Shown: positions 49,293 to 62,554 of the stretch, piece after piece
How positions within the stretch are numbered: the stretch's first letter is position 1
Layout: each line of letters opens with the position of its first letter
NCBI GenBank assembly: GCA_000004985.1
Contig: GG738911.1
DNA: 64,000 nucleotides
Source: Naegleria gruberi
Taxonomy: Eukaryota
Strand: one strand, 5' to 3'
Translations under genes and position numbers: made by a program
The notes under the pieces: generated by a model
Told to the model about the DNA's origin: nothing
The model's input: the letters and a program-made list of their open reading frames with translations, nothing else
The model's database searches: none

Positions 49293-52200
49293 TTAATGTA
49301 AAGTTTCATCTTCTGGTTGAATTTCACTAGATACATCTTCACCAATGAAATTATCAGCATTTGCATTCAATTCTTCACTGGTCAAGACAGCAGATTCGTG
49401 ATGCTTTGCAGAGAGGAGGTAAGTTTGTGTCATTCCCTTGCCCTTAACTTCAATCATTCTCTCTTCGAATGAAAAGCCCAAGTCATATACTCTCTCATAG
49501 GTAGACCGAGAAACTTGAATTCTTCCTGGCTTGGAATTTGATTCCATTCGAGAGGCTGTATTGATTGAATCACCCCATAAATCATAGGCAAACTTCTTAC
49601 GTCCAATGACACCTGCTACAACTGGTCCAGTGTTGATACCAATTCTAATGTTAACTTGTTCTTCAAATCTTCCCTTTCTAAAGTTGGAATTGAAAGAACG
49701 AATCACTCCAAAGGTATCAATGGCAAACTTTAAGACTCTTTCAGGATGGTCTGATTGAGCATTCAAATCATGCAAACCACCTGCTGCAAAGTAAGCATCA
49801 CCAATTGTCTTGATCTTTTCCAAATGATAACGATCTGTCAAATCGTCAAAGCCCATAACAATTTGATTCAACATTTGAACCAATTCATTAGGAGCTAATT
49901 TTGAAGATAAACTAGTAAATCCAACCATATCTGAGAAAAAGCAAGTGATATCAGCAAATTTCTCGGCAATCAATGATGTGCCATTTTTAAGTTTTGCTGC
50001 CACTGCTCCTGGTAGAATGTTCAATAATAAAGTTTCAGAGTTTTTCTTCTCCTCAGCAAGGAGAGCATTATGCTATATTATTGTAAGGTTTTAAGATGAT
50101 TATTATAGAATAGAACATGTAAAAAAACTAATAAAAAGAAAACAAACCTTCTTTTCTGATGTAATATCCTTAATAAAGCATGTGATAATTGGTTTCTTCT
50201 CAAAGAGAGTTACAAAAATATTCATTTTGGCTGGGAATGTAGTTTGATTCTTTCTAATACATTCCACGTCAAAGGATTCACCCTTTGGATCAAATTCTGT
50301 GACAGTTTGTTTCATACTGTCTACAGCTTTTCTAATTTCATCATGATGTTGTGGACACAGGAGTGTAAACAGCAATTTACCAATTACATCTTCCTGTTGA
50401 TTTCCAAACATTCTTTGAGCTGCTGGATTGAAAATTTCAATATCACCACGATGGCTACACAAAATGACGCCATCAACAGCAGCATTTAAGATATTTCTAA
50501 CTTTGGCATCTTCTCCCCCAACATTTCTCTTCTTGACAAATAATCGAGATAGGGCACCATCGCTGAGAGAGTGATAAAGAGCATAATTTCTCAATTGTTC
50601 ATTATTTTCAAATGTTTCAATTGATAAATAATTGAATAAGGACCTTAGAGAAAAGACATTCTTCCAGTGTATCCTTAAAAAGTAGTACATAATTACACAA
50701 CCAATAAGGTTGACTGTAAATCCAACAATGGCCAAAGCTGTTATTTGAGTTACCATTGGAGTTGAGGATTTAACAGCAAAAATAAGTGAAAAGTCAATCA
50801 ACTTGAACGATGCAGTATTAGCCAAAAAAGCAACTGCATAAAATTCTTGCAAGATAACAAGCAAGTCTTGATAGTTGGAAGTTTTGGTTGTTGCAACCAA
50901 ATCTTCGATAATTCTTGAGGATTTGAGAATAGTATCCTGAACCATATAATCAATACCAAAATCACATTGTGTGTAATTGTCTGGTTTGTATCCTTTTGGA
51001 ATGACCATGGCATTGTATATTGAAGAGACAGATTCAATTGTACAATTCAAATCCCCACGAATCATGTGATCAGTTTCTGGAAACATACCGACAACTAGAG
51101 TTTCGTACGCCTTAACAGCAGAACCATACATACACAAATTCCAAAAGTATCTCAATTTGAAAACAACATAGTCAAAGTTAGTCCTTAGCACTTTGATATC
51201 AGATTCTGCGAGTATGGGTATTTCATCTAGTCCATAATTGTTCAACATATTTGTGGAAGAATGATAGAATTGTTCTGCAACATTGAAAGACAATCGTTGT
51301 AAGAATGCCATTGCATCAAAACCATCTTCCATGGTAATGTAAGATTCAAAACTGTACTTGGAATTTCCAAGAGTTTCTTTAAGGAAAATACCCAAACTGA
51401 CAGACACAGCAATCATTACAAAAATACCAATAATGATAAAGATATTCTTCGGTTTAAGAATGGAGGTCTTGGGAATATGAATAGAAACTTCATCACCAAC
51501 TTTCTTACCAAGATCATGGAAGAGTTTACCAACTTCATTCTTTGACACATGGGTGTGAATTAGTTTGATTTGCTGTTTCATTGTAGAGAGTTCAAATCTA
51601 CTATATAGCAGGTAAATTGTTGCATAAACCACATAGAACGCAAGAACAACAGATGTAAATATGGTAAAGGTGTCGTTAATTCTTAGGGCATCCTCCTTTG
51701 CAGAATCTGTAAAAACTCTGCAAAACTTTTGATAGGCATAAGTGATGGTTTCTTGATTTCTGTACATGAGCATAAACCCATAACTATTTAAACTATTCAT
51801 TAATTGGTCGTCTCCACTGTTAACCATTTGATCAGAAAGCTTTACAAGAACATTGGTAATATCAGTAATGGTCACATTTTCTGCCATGGTTTCGTTGTAA
51901 AACTTGGTTTCCATTGTTGCATCTGATTGCATTTTTGGAACATAGAAAGGATAGTAAAATTCATGGTAATGTGAGTAAACTGATGGATTGAATTTGGCAT
52001 CATAGGCCTTTTGTTGTAAATTAACCAAGATTTGTCTCAATTTTACAATGTTCTGTTTCAGCAATTTAGGGCTAAGGAACATTTCACTGGTCATTGTTTT
52101 TGGAATTGAAGAAGACGTGGAATTCATTAAATTTACAGTAGATTGATAGGCACGAACTGTTACCAACATATTTGACAATGCAGCTATTGGCGAACAAGCA

Positions 52201-54500
52201 TCAATCACGTTAATAACATTCAATGTAACGACATCTGAAAAGTTGAGGGCAATTACGATACCAGCAATTAAAAAGGCAAATCCCAACCCAGCAAATAAGA
52301 AAAAGATGGTCATTTGAATATTTCTTGGTGCTGGCACAGAAAGCGCATTTCTAAATACCATTTCTCTCTTTTGTTCGCCAGAAACAGTATTTTCAATACC
52401 GTTGAAATTGTCAAAACTATCCTCAATACTACTCATTGTTTCATAATTCATTTGTGAAAAGGATTGAGGGTTTTCTACGGTAAAATTGATAGCATTAACG
52501 GAGGCTTGAATCAACTTTCTAGAGTTATCAACTGTCTCAGCTGTTCCAACAGAATTAGAGTCTGGATGTACTCTATTCTTTCTTGCTAGTTTGGCTTTGA
52601 AAGCAGCACCTCTTTTTTGGAAGTTACCTTCATCTTCCTCAAGAGTCATTGCTTCATTAAAGTATTCACTGGCAAGGTCCTTATTAAACTTGATATTCTC
52701 CAAATAGTTAGCATACATTCTCAAGACAGTCTTGTCGTTATAGTAGAGCGATAGTAAGCTGTTGAACATGTTATCACACTCCTCAATGAGAACGGCATTA
52801 CGAGAAGCAATGCTTTCAATCTTTTCATAGTTCACTATCTCTTGCATTTGCTCCTTCCAAAAATGGCGATGGAGAGATGTAATCTCAAGCATGGATTTTT
52901 CAATCTTTGAAAAGGTAGCTTTAAGATCGATTGCATTCTTTTGTCCCCTTATTCCCTCAGTAGTAGAAGTTTCAACTTCTTTCAATCGTTGACCCAGTAA
53001 AAATCTCATGTACAAATTTGGTCGTTGCTTGATAGCCTTTTTAAGGAGAGCAAGTGCAAACGTGGACGCGTTCAATTCTTCTCCCATAAAGTAGGCAGCA
53101 ATGCATGCAGAGCTGTTCAAAATGTTTTGGTCACTGAAACCCTTCTGAGAGGAAATAGCCCTGATGAATGAAATGATAAACATCAAGTCTGCATTTTCTT
53201 CTTCATCCTTTAGCATTACTTCCACTCCCATTGTAAACCTCATGTACATGTCCATCTTGGAAAGGTTTCCATCGTCCTCAAGCTGTTGATAAATATTAAG
53301 GGCCTCTCTTTCAATGTTTTTATCTTGAATTGCTGTAATAAACTTCTTTCTCAGCTTTTTTACAATGATTCTTGAGTATATTTCTGCAATGACGCCTCCT
53401 AGAATTCCAAGAAGAACCACCAAAGCAAGAGTCATCATTGATAACCCCACACCCATAACATTATCATTGGTTGGATTAGCCAAACTTGTCACGAGACCAC
53501 CAATACTGGCACCAATACGAGCGCTTATTACCCCAGCCACTATTGAGTTCTCAAACCTTCTCATCATTGGGAAAATCTTGAATAGCAAGACTAATAATAT
53601 GAAGGAACACACCAGATGCACAATCGATCTAATGAATGCATAGTTGGCTGGTATTAAAAAGTGTACAAGCATGCCCAAAATGTTGCAAATAACTCCCAAA
53701 AGAGGAAGAATGGCACTATCTCCGATCATTGGGGTTGTGCTTAAGGGATGAGAATTTGGAAGCATGATTACAGTCAGTAACGCCTCAACTTGTAAGAGGA
53801 CAATGAATATTAAGGAGAGGGCCATCATGACAATGTTCCTCGTTTCAAAACATGTAACTGAATCAAATCTATTCAAATAGGATGTCGTAGTGGTCGTGGA
53901 GTTACTCAGCAGTGAACCAACAGCCACACTTGTAGATCCTTGTTGTTGCACCAAATTGTTGGTATTGTATCCATAGTCACAATCAACAAAGCTCGTGAAG
54001 ATGTAGGTCATTGGTGCAGAGAGAATAAGGAGAGCAAACAAGGAAATGTGAAACACATACTTCACATAGGGAATAAACTTGGAAGTGGATCTCACAGCTC
54101 TAATGGTGAGTGCAAAGGCTCCAAGAGCGAAAAGCACGAAAAACATTGAAATACTAGCAAGAGCAATGGCTCCATCATATGGAATAAGATCCAACGATAA
54201 ACTTGTTGTATAGTTCAATACTGTGAAAATCCAAGATCCCCAAACACCAAAGTTAAAGTGATGTGGACTCAGTAAGGGCATCCAAATAAAACTCCAAAAC
54301 AAGAGAATGTATAATGTAAGGGTCATGACAAATGTACGTGTTCCATGTCTTCTTGATGTGTTTTGTGCAGTGAATACAAAGGAAAGAAATTCAGTTCTAA
54401 CCTTGACTTGGAGAGAACTTGCCGACTCTGAGACAATGCTTTCAGAGTTTTGAGAACTATCCGAGCCAATAAAAGAGGCTCCAGCAATAGAACTTCTCAT
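49293..54500 (-). CDS. multi-pass membrane class III adenylyl cyclase with a PAS domain and a single C-terminal catalytic domain; two exons (50148..54500 and 49293..50072), 75-nt intron
   Basis: N-terminal about 1200 aa with many hydrophobic helices. PAS-like segment NILNAAVDGVILCSHRGDIEIFNPAAQRMFG. Cyclase domain FADITCFFSDMVGFTSLSS ... LEKIKTIGDAYFAAGG ... FAYDLWGDSINTASRMES. The Lys in EKIKTIGD and the Asp in YDLWGD are the ATP-specifying pair rather than the Glu/Cys of guanylyl cyclases. Intron is GTTTGT...ATATAG in phase 0; the track ORF tail VCFLFISFFTCSIL is intron read-through. Confidence 0.8.
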
Positions 54501-54715
54501 CTTGTTCTGATGATATTAACCGGAAAATCAAAATATCTATTACTAAGGCTTTAAAATTAAAGCCCAAGCAATCACTATTAAACAATGTTGTTGTATTGTT
54601 CTTGTTGTTCTTGGTGAAGGTGAAACCAAAATAACAATCGGTATTATCGTTAGAGTTGAACCGGTTTTTAAGGAAGGAGGAGAGGTAAGGCGTTTTTTTC
54701 TGTTCTGAAAACAAG

Positions 54716-54744
54716 TGGCGTATTATGGCGCGCAAGTTGTGTGG
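54716..54744. promoter_or_regulatory. second copy of the GGCGCGC (E2F-like) element, about 220-240 bp upstream of the cyclase ATG
   Basis: tggcgtattatggcgcgcaagttgtgtgg shares the motif with 48651-48665. Confidence 0.2.
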
Positions 54745-54917
54745 TTCAACAGCGAGTTTTGTGAGTGAAGTGTCAAGCTACTATTAGGGAAGGTTAATCG
54801 ATACAGCTGTTCTCATCTCTTTTTGGCCTTCCTCTTCCATTAAGGGATGTCTTTTGTGGAATGGATTCTTGTTTTGTGGATCAAGTAAACTCCTCTTCTT
54901 TTGAAATACTATACAAT

Positions 54918-57900
54918 TTATTGGTATTCTTCTTCTTCGACTTCAATATATTCAACCTCTTCACCTTCAGCAAGTGTGATTGGTTCTCCATTTTCGTCAA
55001 CATACTCATACTCGACTTGTTCTTCCACTTCTTCCTGTTGTTGTTGTTGCTGTTGTGGAGTGTTAGCCGTTGTTGTCGGTTTTTGTGTTGGTGAAGATAC
55101 CTCTGGTTTAATGTCGCTCTTCTTAATACTTGCTCTCGAGTTTCTGACATTTCTGGAATTTGGTGTTGAAGATCCTGATGAACCTGTATCGGAACTTTCA
55201 GTGGTGTTTGGACTAGTAGAAGCAATTGGAGCCAGTGGTTTCTTTGGATTGAACTCGACAGACATGTAATCTTGATCCAAGAAGAAGGTCTTGATAAAAT
55301 CAATGTTAGAAGTAGATTGGGCCTTGTGTCTTTGAATAATTTCATTAATGTGGCTTCTTCTGGTTGGGAATGGCTTTCTGTATTGCTTTTGCTTATATCT
55401 CACAGCCTTGTTAGCATTAATGGCAGTCATTCTCACCAGTGGTCCCAAGTTCTTCTTATCCACAATCATTCCATCAAGGAGAGGTCCGAAAAGTGGAACT
55501 TCTGGCTTTGTATAAATTCTTACCCTAAATAAATATGTTTCCTTATGTCTTTGATATGGATAAACACAGATGTGAACAAAGTTAAATTGAGAAGGAATTG
55601 TCCATGGTTTGTAATCTCTGTCGTGCTCGCTCCAAACAATGTGGACAAAATCGTTACCGACGTGACGTTTCTTTTGGATTTGTTGCGAGTCATTGACCTT
55701 AGTTGGCATTCTTGTAACATCGTGGAAAATCACCTCAGTTGTTGCGTTTGAGTAATATGGAGCAGTATTACCAGTAGTCAAATTTTCATCTAAACCTCCC
55801 ATAAAACCACCATGAGTTCTCATATCAGCATCCCAACCAAGAGATTGAACAAATTCCTTGTAGATTCTAGAGCCTGATGTTTCATCATTTTTCAAAATAT
55901 CCTTTTGGGCTTCTTGTTGATTGGCAACATAGATGAGACCAACCTTGATGGTTTCTCTTTCAGTTAACTTGTCGAGTTGTTTAAGAGATCTGTAGAATCT
56001 ACCGTTGGCATTTACCAAACTGAAAGAAGCTCTACTGGTACCAGAGAGGAAACCAATATTATTGAGGAGGGATCTAAATGCCTTATGTACAGATTTGGTT
56101 AAATTATCATTTTCATAATCTGGCTTCTTTGGAGCATGAGCTTCGTTGAAACCAAGTGCTGGTGTATCCTNNNNNNNNNNNNNNNNNNNNNNNNNNNNNN
56201 NNNNNNNNNNNNNNNNNNNNNNNNNNNNNNNNNNNNNNNNNNNNNNNNNNNNNNNNNNNNNNNNNNNNNNNNNNNNNNNNNNNNNNNNNNNNNNNNNNNN
56301 NNNNNNNNNNNNNNNNNNNNNNNNNNNNNNNNNNNNNNNNNNNNNNNNNNNNNNNNNNNNNNNNNNNNNNNNNNNNNNNNNNNNNCGGCACATTCTGGGA
56401 AAACTTGAGTAACATAGTGTTGCAAAACTTCAAGCATATCAGTCTTATCAGTATCAATTTCAATATCATAGTGAGGATAATCGAGTTCTTCAGCACCTTC
56501 ATCTCCAGCCATTTGGCTTTCTTGTTCTTCAACCTTGATGGCTTCTTCTTCTTCATGATTTTCTTCGTCATCATCAGAATCTTCCTTAGTTTCTTGTTGG
56601 GCAGTTACTGGAACCTTGATATCTGGTGTTTCGAATGATTCCTTATCTACCTTCAAACCACCTGTTTGGTCGATATCAGCTGGCAGATCAACTGCTGCCA
56701 AATCTTGTCTGACAATTGGTTCAGCACGAGGATCATCAGCATCAAACAATTCTTCGTCACCACGATTAACAATGCTTGATACATAGAATGAGGCTCTATC
56801 TTCTTCTGGAGAACCAGGGCTATCAAAACCAGCTTTGGAAGCTCTTGGAGCATTTGAATTCTTGGCACCAGACTTGGATTCATCATCTACCAATTCATCG
56901 AATTCCAAATGGTCAATTCTAACCATGTTATCCTTCTTGAAGGTCATTGTTTCTGGAGAGTAAACTTGCTTGAATTCCCAACAATATTTACCAGTCATGT
57001 CACGTAAAATTACAACACAAGATTCAGTCTTGTTTGGATTTTCCATAATTGTCAACAAGGTATAATTGTTGAAAACAAAGTGGTGAACCTTTGGAGAAGT
57101 TACATACAAGCCATTTTCTTCTTGCAAGACATCAAATTCGGAAATTTCAGTACTCATTCTAGCAGCACCAATAGGAGTTGGGAATTGACTGAAAACGTTC
57201 AAAGCATAACACAACAAGCTTTCGGCAGCAGTAGCAATTTCCAAAGCACTGTCTTCCTTGCTGAGTGTATAATTTTCGAAAGAATACATCTTGGCTCCTC
57301 TATCAGCTGAGTCTTCAGTGGCAGCTTCAGTTACAGTATCCTTTTGTGGAGTCAACAATACACTCAATGAAACAACAGATAAACCTCTATTGATAGCACT
57401 GAAAAGCATTGAGGCAACTTCCTTGCTTTCCAAAACCTTCATTGGAATGTATTGCAAAATTTCAACAATGGAATAGAACAAGTGTTTGAAAATGCTCCAT
57501 TGTGCCAAGGCAGAATCAGAATCCTTCAACTGAGAGGACAAGGCAGTACAGATGGTCAACAAGAATGTACGAATGGTTGGAACACCTAACTTGGTGAATA
57601 AACCTAAATGAGCCAATGTAACTACAGCATCGTGAGCAGCACAGGCAACATCAGCATTCTTGTCAACAAAGAACTTGATGAACATTTCAACAATTTGTCT
57701 GGATGGATTAGATCTTCCGTTAACTCCTTCAAGTTGGAGCTCATTGTGGAGAATAGCATAGAGACCCCAAATACACTTGATTTGAACATCAACAAATCTG
57801 TCATCTTGAACACAAGATTGAAGTGTTTGAACAATACGACCTCTGAGTTTGGTGAAGGTGGTTACAGTTTCTGGGTTCAAATTTTCCAACTTGGCTTGTT

Positions 57901-60216
57901 TGAGTTTCAAAACTGTTTCAACGTGAGGAAGAGGACGATCTCCATAGAAGTAGCAAATAGGAATGAGGGAGGTAAGACCTTGTACAGCAGCAATACGCAA
58001 TTCTTGAGTTTCTGGTCCAATTGTAGCACTTGATTCCTTAAGAACCTTTTGACATGCTTGAACAAAGTATGGAACAAGAATATTCAAACCCATGTGACCC
58101 ATACTGAAAATGTTCCAGCCGTGTTTGATGATTGCTTCGATAGTACGATCAGTGGCTGTATATTCTGGAACCAATCCCTTGAAAAGAGCTCTATAACAAT
58201 TGGCAAGGTATTGAACATTCAAAGGTTGACTGAATTGTGTGACCAAGATTTGACACATCATGGTATAAGCAATAACACGTCCAGATTCGAATTGATCATC
58301 AGTTCTATCACAAGCTTCAATAATCCATTCCAAAAGGATGGCAAATAACTTGTTACCTTCTGGTGAGTGAAGGAATGTAACACTGTTGGTAGAACCTCTG
58401 ACAGCCTTGACTTCAGTAATTTCAATATCCAAGAAAAGATCCAAAACTTCCTTCAAAACAACCATTTTCTTTGCATGCAAGGCTCCGTTAGTGAGTTGTG
58501 TATTCTCATTACCGAACATGTTCAAAAACTTGTGGAAAAGATGCAAAACAGTATCAATAGAAATACTCTTTGACATGTAAGTATCCATTCCTTGGAAAAT
58601 GTGTTGTTTCTTTTCAGTTTTGGCCTTCTTCTTTACAACTGTTACAGTATACATATCAGTTGTATATTCAATAAAACCAACTCTCATTCTATCTGTTGGC
58701 ATTTCAAAGATTTGTTCACAAACAATACGAGCAAGATTGAGAACAGTAGCACGCCATAAACCAAAAGCAGATGGCATGTGAGCATAACTTTGCATTAATT
58801 CGTATAATTCTTCCCACAATTTAGGATATTGATCTGTTGGGTGAGACTTGATCCATATTATGTACAAATTTCTAAAGCAGGTCTTTTCTAAAATATCGCT
58901 ATACATGACGTCGTAGTTATCACCTCCTTTAGTCTTTCTATCAACCACAGTAGAACAGATACGTTTGTGAGCAGAAAGTAAATCACTCCATGTTTCAAAG
59001 TCAATCTTGTCAGAAATTTGTGTAAAGAACATGAACATTTCCAAAACTTCATAACTCATAGTGATATGCAAATCAATATATTGTTCATCTCCTTTCATGT
59101 AGAAAATTTGACTCAAATTATCAATGAAAATACGGAAGTAGAGATTTCTGTTTCTTTCCATAATTTCAGGCCAGTTGTATAAAAAGTAATCTCTACAAAT
59201 CCATGAACGATAAGTCTTCATCATCTTGGCTAACTGTTCGTAGTGTTGTGGTGGGAGGAGGAAACTTTGTCTGAAAATCATCAAGAAGAGATAAATATCT
59301 TTATCACTTTGATAAAGAATAGTAGAATTCTTTGGACTTTCCAAGCCAGACATGATAACATCAAGAATTAACAAGTGAATTCTTGTTGGAGCTTTTTCTG
59401 TGAAACCCATATCGTCCATTTTGTTTAAAAGATCTAAACTCTTACATTCATTAGGATAAAAGATTGGTGCAAGACGAAGTTTAAAGAATTTCCACCAATA
59501 ATCAAAGTGATCAGATTCCTTCATAAATGTGAAAAAGAATGTGAAAAGTTGATAATCTTCTTCAACTGTCAAATCATTTGTAGATGTGGCAACTGCCAAC
59601 TTTTCATCAGTATTCAAGGCACGTTGACCAAATGATGGGAGCTTGATATCACGTGAATCCTCTGTCAATGGTTTAAATTTAAGAGCATTCATAATCATAT
59701 CAAGAACTTGATTATCAACATTGTCTTGCATAATATCTACAAATCTTACAATCAATTCGAACCCCTTGAAACGAATTTGGAAGATGTTTTGCTCATCCAA
59801 TAACAGTTCAAGAGTGTGAATGATGGAACGTTGTTGCCACTTTTTTTGAATGATGTTCGAAGAGTGTGCAAACAAGTTGAGTAAAATATCAGTAAGTCCT
59901 AAAACATCACTTGTTGGAATAGTTTTAGCTATTAGAAATAGGTTATTATTAGTAAAACATGAAAAAACATTAATAACAACTCACATTTCTTCTTTGCTTC
60001 TGAATTCATAGAATTCAGAGTATCCAAAAAGATGTTATAAACAATAGAATAATTCTTTTGATAGAACGCCCGTAACTCTGTATCTGCACCATCCTTGTTA
60101 AATGATGCAAGACATTTGTATCTTTTCAAAGGTTGTTCAGTATCGTCGAGAATTTTCTTCTCATCCTTTGGATTTAAAGTTCCATTGGAACCTATTCTAA
60201 ATAAAGACATTGACAT
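54918..60216 (-). CDS. tsc2: tuberin (TSC2) homologue: large N-terminal region plus C-terminal Rap/Rheb-GAP domain and acidic/poly-Q tail. Exon 1 59995..60216, 56-nt intron, exon 2 from 59938; interrupted by the N-gap 56171..56385.
   Basis: The GAP domain (KKRHVGNDFVHIVWSEHDRDYKPWTIPSQFNFVHICVYP, then ...GPLVRMTAINANKAV.......P...RRSHINEIIQRHK) aligns motif-for-motif with human tuberin ([39 protein letters not shown] ... VARQMALHANMA ... RLRHIKRLRQR). The upstream block VGLIYVANQQ matches VLYVGEGQ. The 5' intron is GTGAGT..TAATAG in phase 1 and joins MSMSLF... to the main ORF in frame. Confidence 0.8.
56171..56385. other. assembly gap (run of N) inside the TSC2 gene
   Basis: 215 consecutive n characters. 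Confidence 0.95.
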
Positions 60217-61065
60217 TAAATAATAAATTAAATATGATGATCGAAAAACTTCTTTTTAAACAATATTGTACCAATTCCAACTACTATCATCACACATAAT
60301 AATAAATATAATTATTATATCATTATTATATTATATCATCATCATTCCACTCTTCATTACTTACTATTATACAAGCAATCAGAAAGTTGTTTATACGGAT
60401 ATATAAACTAGCACAGAGAGAGAAAAACGGAAGGCCTGTTGTTATCGTTGATGTTATTGTTGTTGTTATTGGGTGCTCTTCACAAGTAAAATCTGCAGCA
60501 GACGTCGACTTGGTGTAGACTTGACGAGTGTGTGAGTCTCCAAAATGCGATGAGAAATTTTTTAAAGTGAAAAAGAAGAAGGCTTTGATGGCTCGTCATG
60601 CAAAGAGTACAAAGTCTTCTGTGTGGTGAAAAAAGCTGATTCGCTTGCTTTTGATGATCGGAGAAAGATGATGGATGATTGGTTTAGCTTGTGTGTTTGA
60701 CGACTTTGTAAACCTGTAGGAAGACGATTAGAAATGTTTTTGTTGTTCATGAATAAGAAGAATACTGTATTATTGTTATTTACTGTAAAGAGCGTCGATT
60801 AGTACATCTTGTGTTGGAGAAGAAGCTTGAAAGAATTCATCCACATTGATCTTTAATGAAGTGAAACCAAATTGAGAAGACTCTTGGGAAGGAACAATGT
60901 GAAAAAAATGTTCTCCAAGCATTCGTCACTATTAGCCGTTTGAATCGTCATCAAATTGCTATGAATATTTCTGTTAGAGAGAACAATAAGTAACATCAGC
61001 TAACCAAATGCTATTTTAATACGTAGGATGAACGTTTGAATTCATTACCATCAAAAAAGAAAAAA

Positions 61066-62554
61066 ATGTCAACAACAGAAAGAAAGATTGTCGATTTGGG
61101 TATGTAAGGAAGAAGTAACATGATCACTGATATTAAAAACATTTGTGCGGAAATGATGAATATGCTATTCAATGCAAATTTGATTTATAAAATGTATAGT
61201 AATTATTGGAGTTGGTCAAAGAGGGCAAAACTATTCAAGATATGCAAGGGAATTTCCAGATCATTGCCGAGTTGTGGCCATTGCTGAGCCTAGAAAAGCT
61301 GTAAGAGCCAAAATGATCAAGTTGTACAATTTATCGGAGGATGTTTGTTTTACTGATTGGCAAACATTGTATCACACTTTGAAAAAGAATAATAATAAGG
61401 CTACATTCTTGGATGAGAGCCATGAACGTGCTGTAGTGATTGCTACACAGGATCAGTATCACGTTGAGCCAGCAATTGCCTTTGCTCACTTAAAGTTTAA
61501 CATTTTACTTGAAAAACCAATGGCTGTAAATGAGGAAGATTGTAAAAGAATTACCAAAGCTGTGGAGGAGAATAATGTCAAACTTGCTGTTTGCCATGTA
61601 CTGAGATATTCCATCTATACTCAAAAATTGAAGGAACTTCTCAAGAGTGGACTCATTGGAAATATTATCAATATTCAACATTTGGAACCTGTTGGTTACT
61701 TCCACTATGCACATTCATATGTGAGAGGAAAGTGGGCAAATGAAAACACTTCCTCACCAATGCTTCTTGCCAAATCTTGTCACGACATTGATTGGATTAG
61801 TTATGTCATGCAACCAGCAAAGGTTGTGAATGTATCATCATTTGGATCATTGATTCATTGCAGAAAAGAGAATAAGCCAGAGGGAGCAGCCAGTAGATGT
61901 TTGGATTGCCCATCTTCTATTGAGGAAAATTGCTGTTACTCAGCCAAGAAAATTTACTTGGATCAAGTCAAGATGGGAGAAACTGGATGGCCTGTTTCAG
62001 TTATAGTAGAAAGTGGTGAAGAGCCAACTGTTGAAAATGTTATTAATTCTTTAAAGACTAATAATTACGGTAGATGTGTCTATGATTCAGATAATAATGT
62101 TGTTGATAATCAAGTTGTTTCTCTTCAATTCGATAATGGTGCCACTTGCACCTTTACAATGATTGCCTACTCGAAGGAAATTTGCGAAAGAAAGAGTAGA
62201 ATTTATGGAACTAAGGGAGAAATTGAAGTTATTGGAAATGAAATCAAACACTTTGATTTTTTAACAGGATCCTACAAGACTATCGATTTGAATCAAGAAC
62301 TTCCAAATACTTCATTGAGAGGACATGGTTTTGCTGACTTTTACTTGATGAATCACTTTATTGACGCTGTTGGATTGAATGATTCTGCCAAACTTGTTTC
62401 CAATGCAAGAGAAACTCTCAATTCTCACCTTTTAGTTTTTGAAGCAGAAAAAGCCAGACATTCCAACACTGTTTTGAAATTCAATCACAATGTTGACTTG
62501 ACCAATGTAGTTGCTACTCCAATCCAAGATAACACCAAGTGTGAATTAATATAA
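61066..62554 (+). CDS. Gfo/Idh/MocA-family NAD(P)-dependent oxidoreductase; two exons (61066..61099, 61200..62554)
   Basis: Exon 1 MSTTERKIVDLG plus exon 2 VIIGVGQRGQNYSRYAREFPDHCRVVAIAEP gives the N-terminal Rossmann GxGxxG of the family. The EKP motif (LLEKPMAVNEED) and the downstream dimerisation region are present. The intron is 100 nt, GTATGT..TATAG, phase 1. The track ORF starts mid-exon at a GTG. Confidence 0.8.

Noticed and set aside
50103-50147. C-terminal tail VCFLFISFFTCSIL of track ORF 50103..54500
   Set aside because: It is read-through into a 75-nt GTTTGT...ATATAG intron. The downstream cyclase ORF joins in phase 0.
60480-60510. Cluster of restriction sites CTGCAG-GACGTC-GTCGAC resembling a cloning polylinker
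   Set aside because: It does not match a real vector polylinker, flanking sequence is ordinary genomic DNA, and no other vector features are present. Most likely coincidence.
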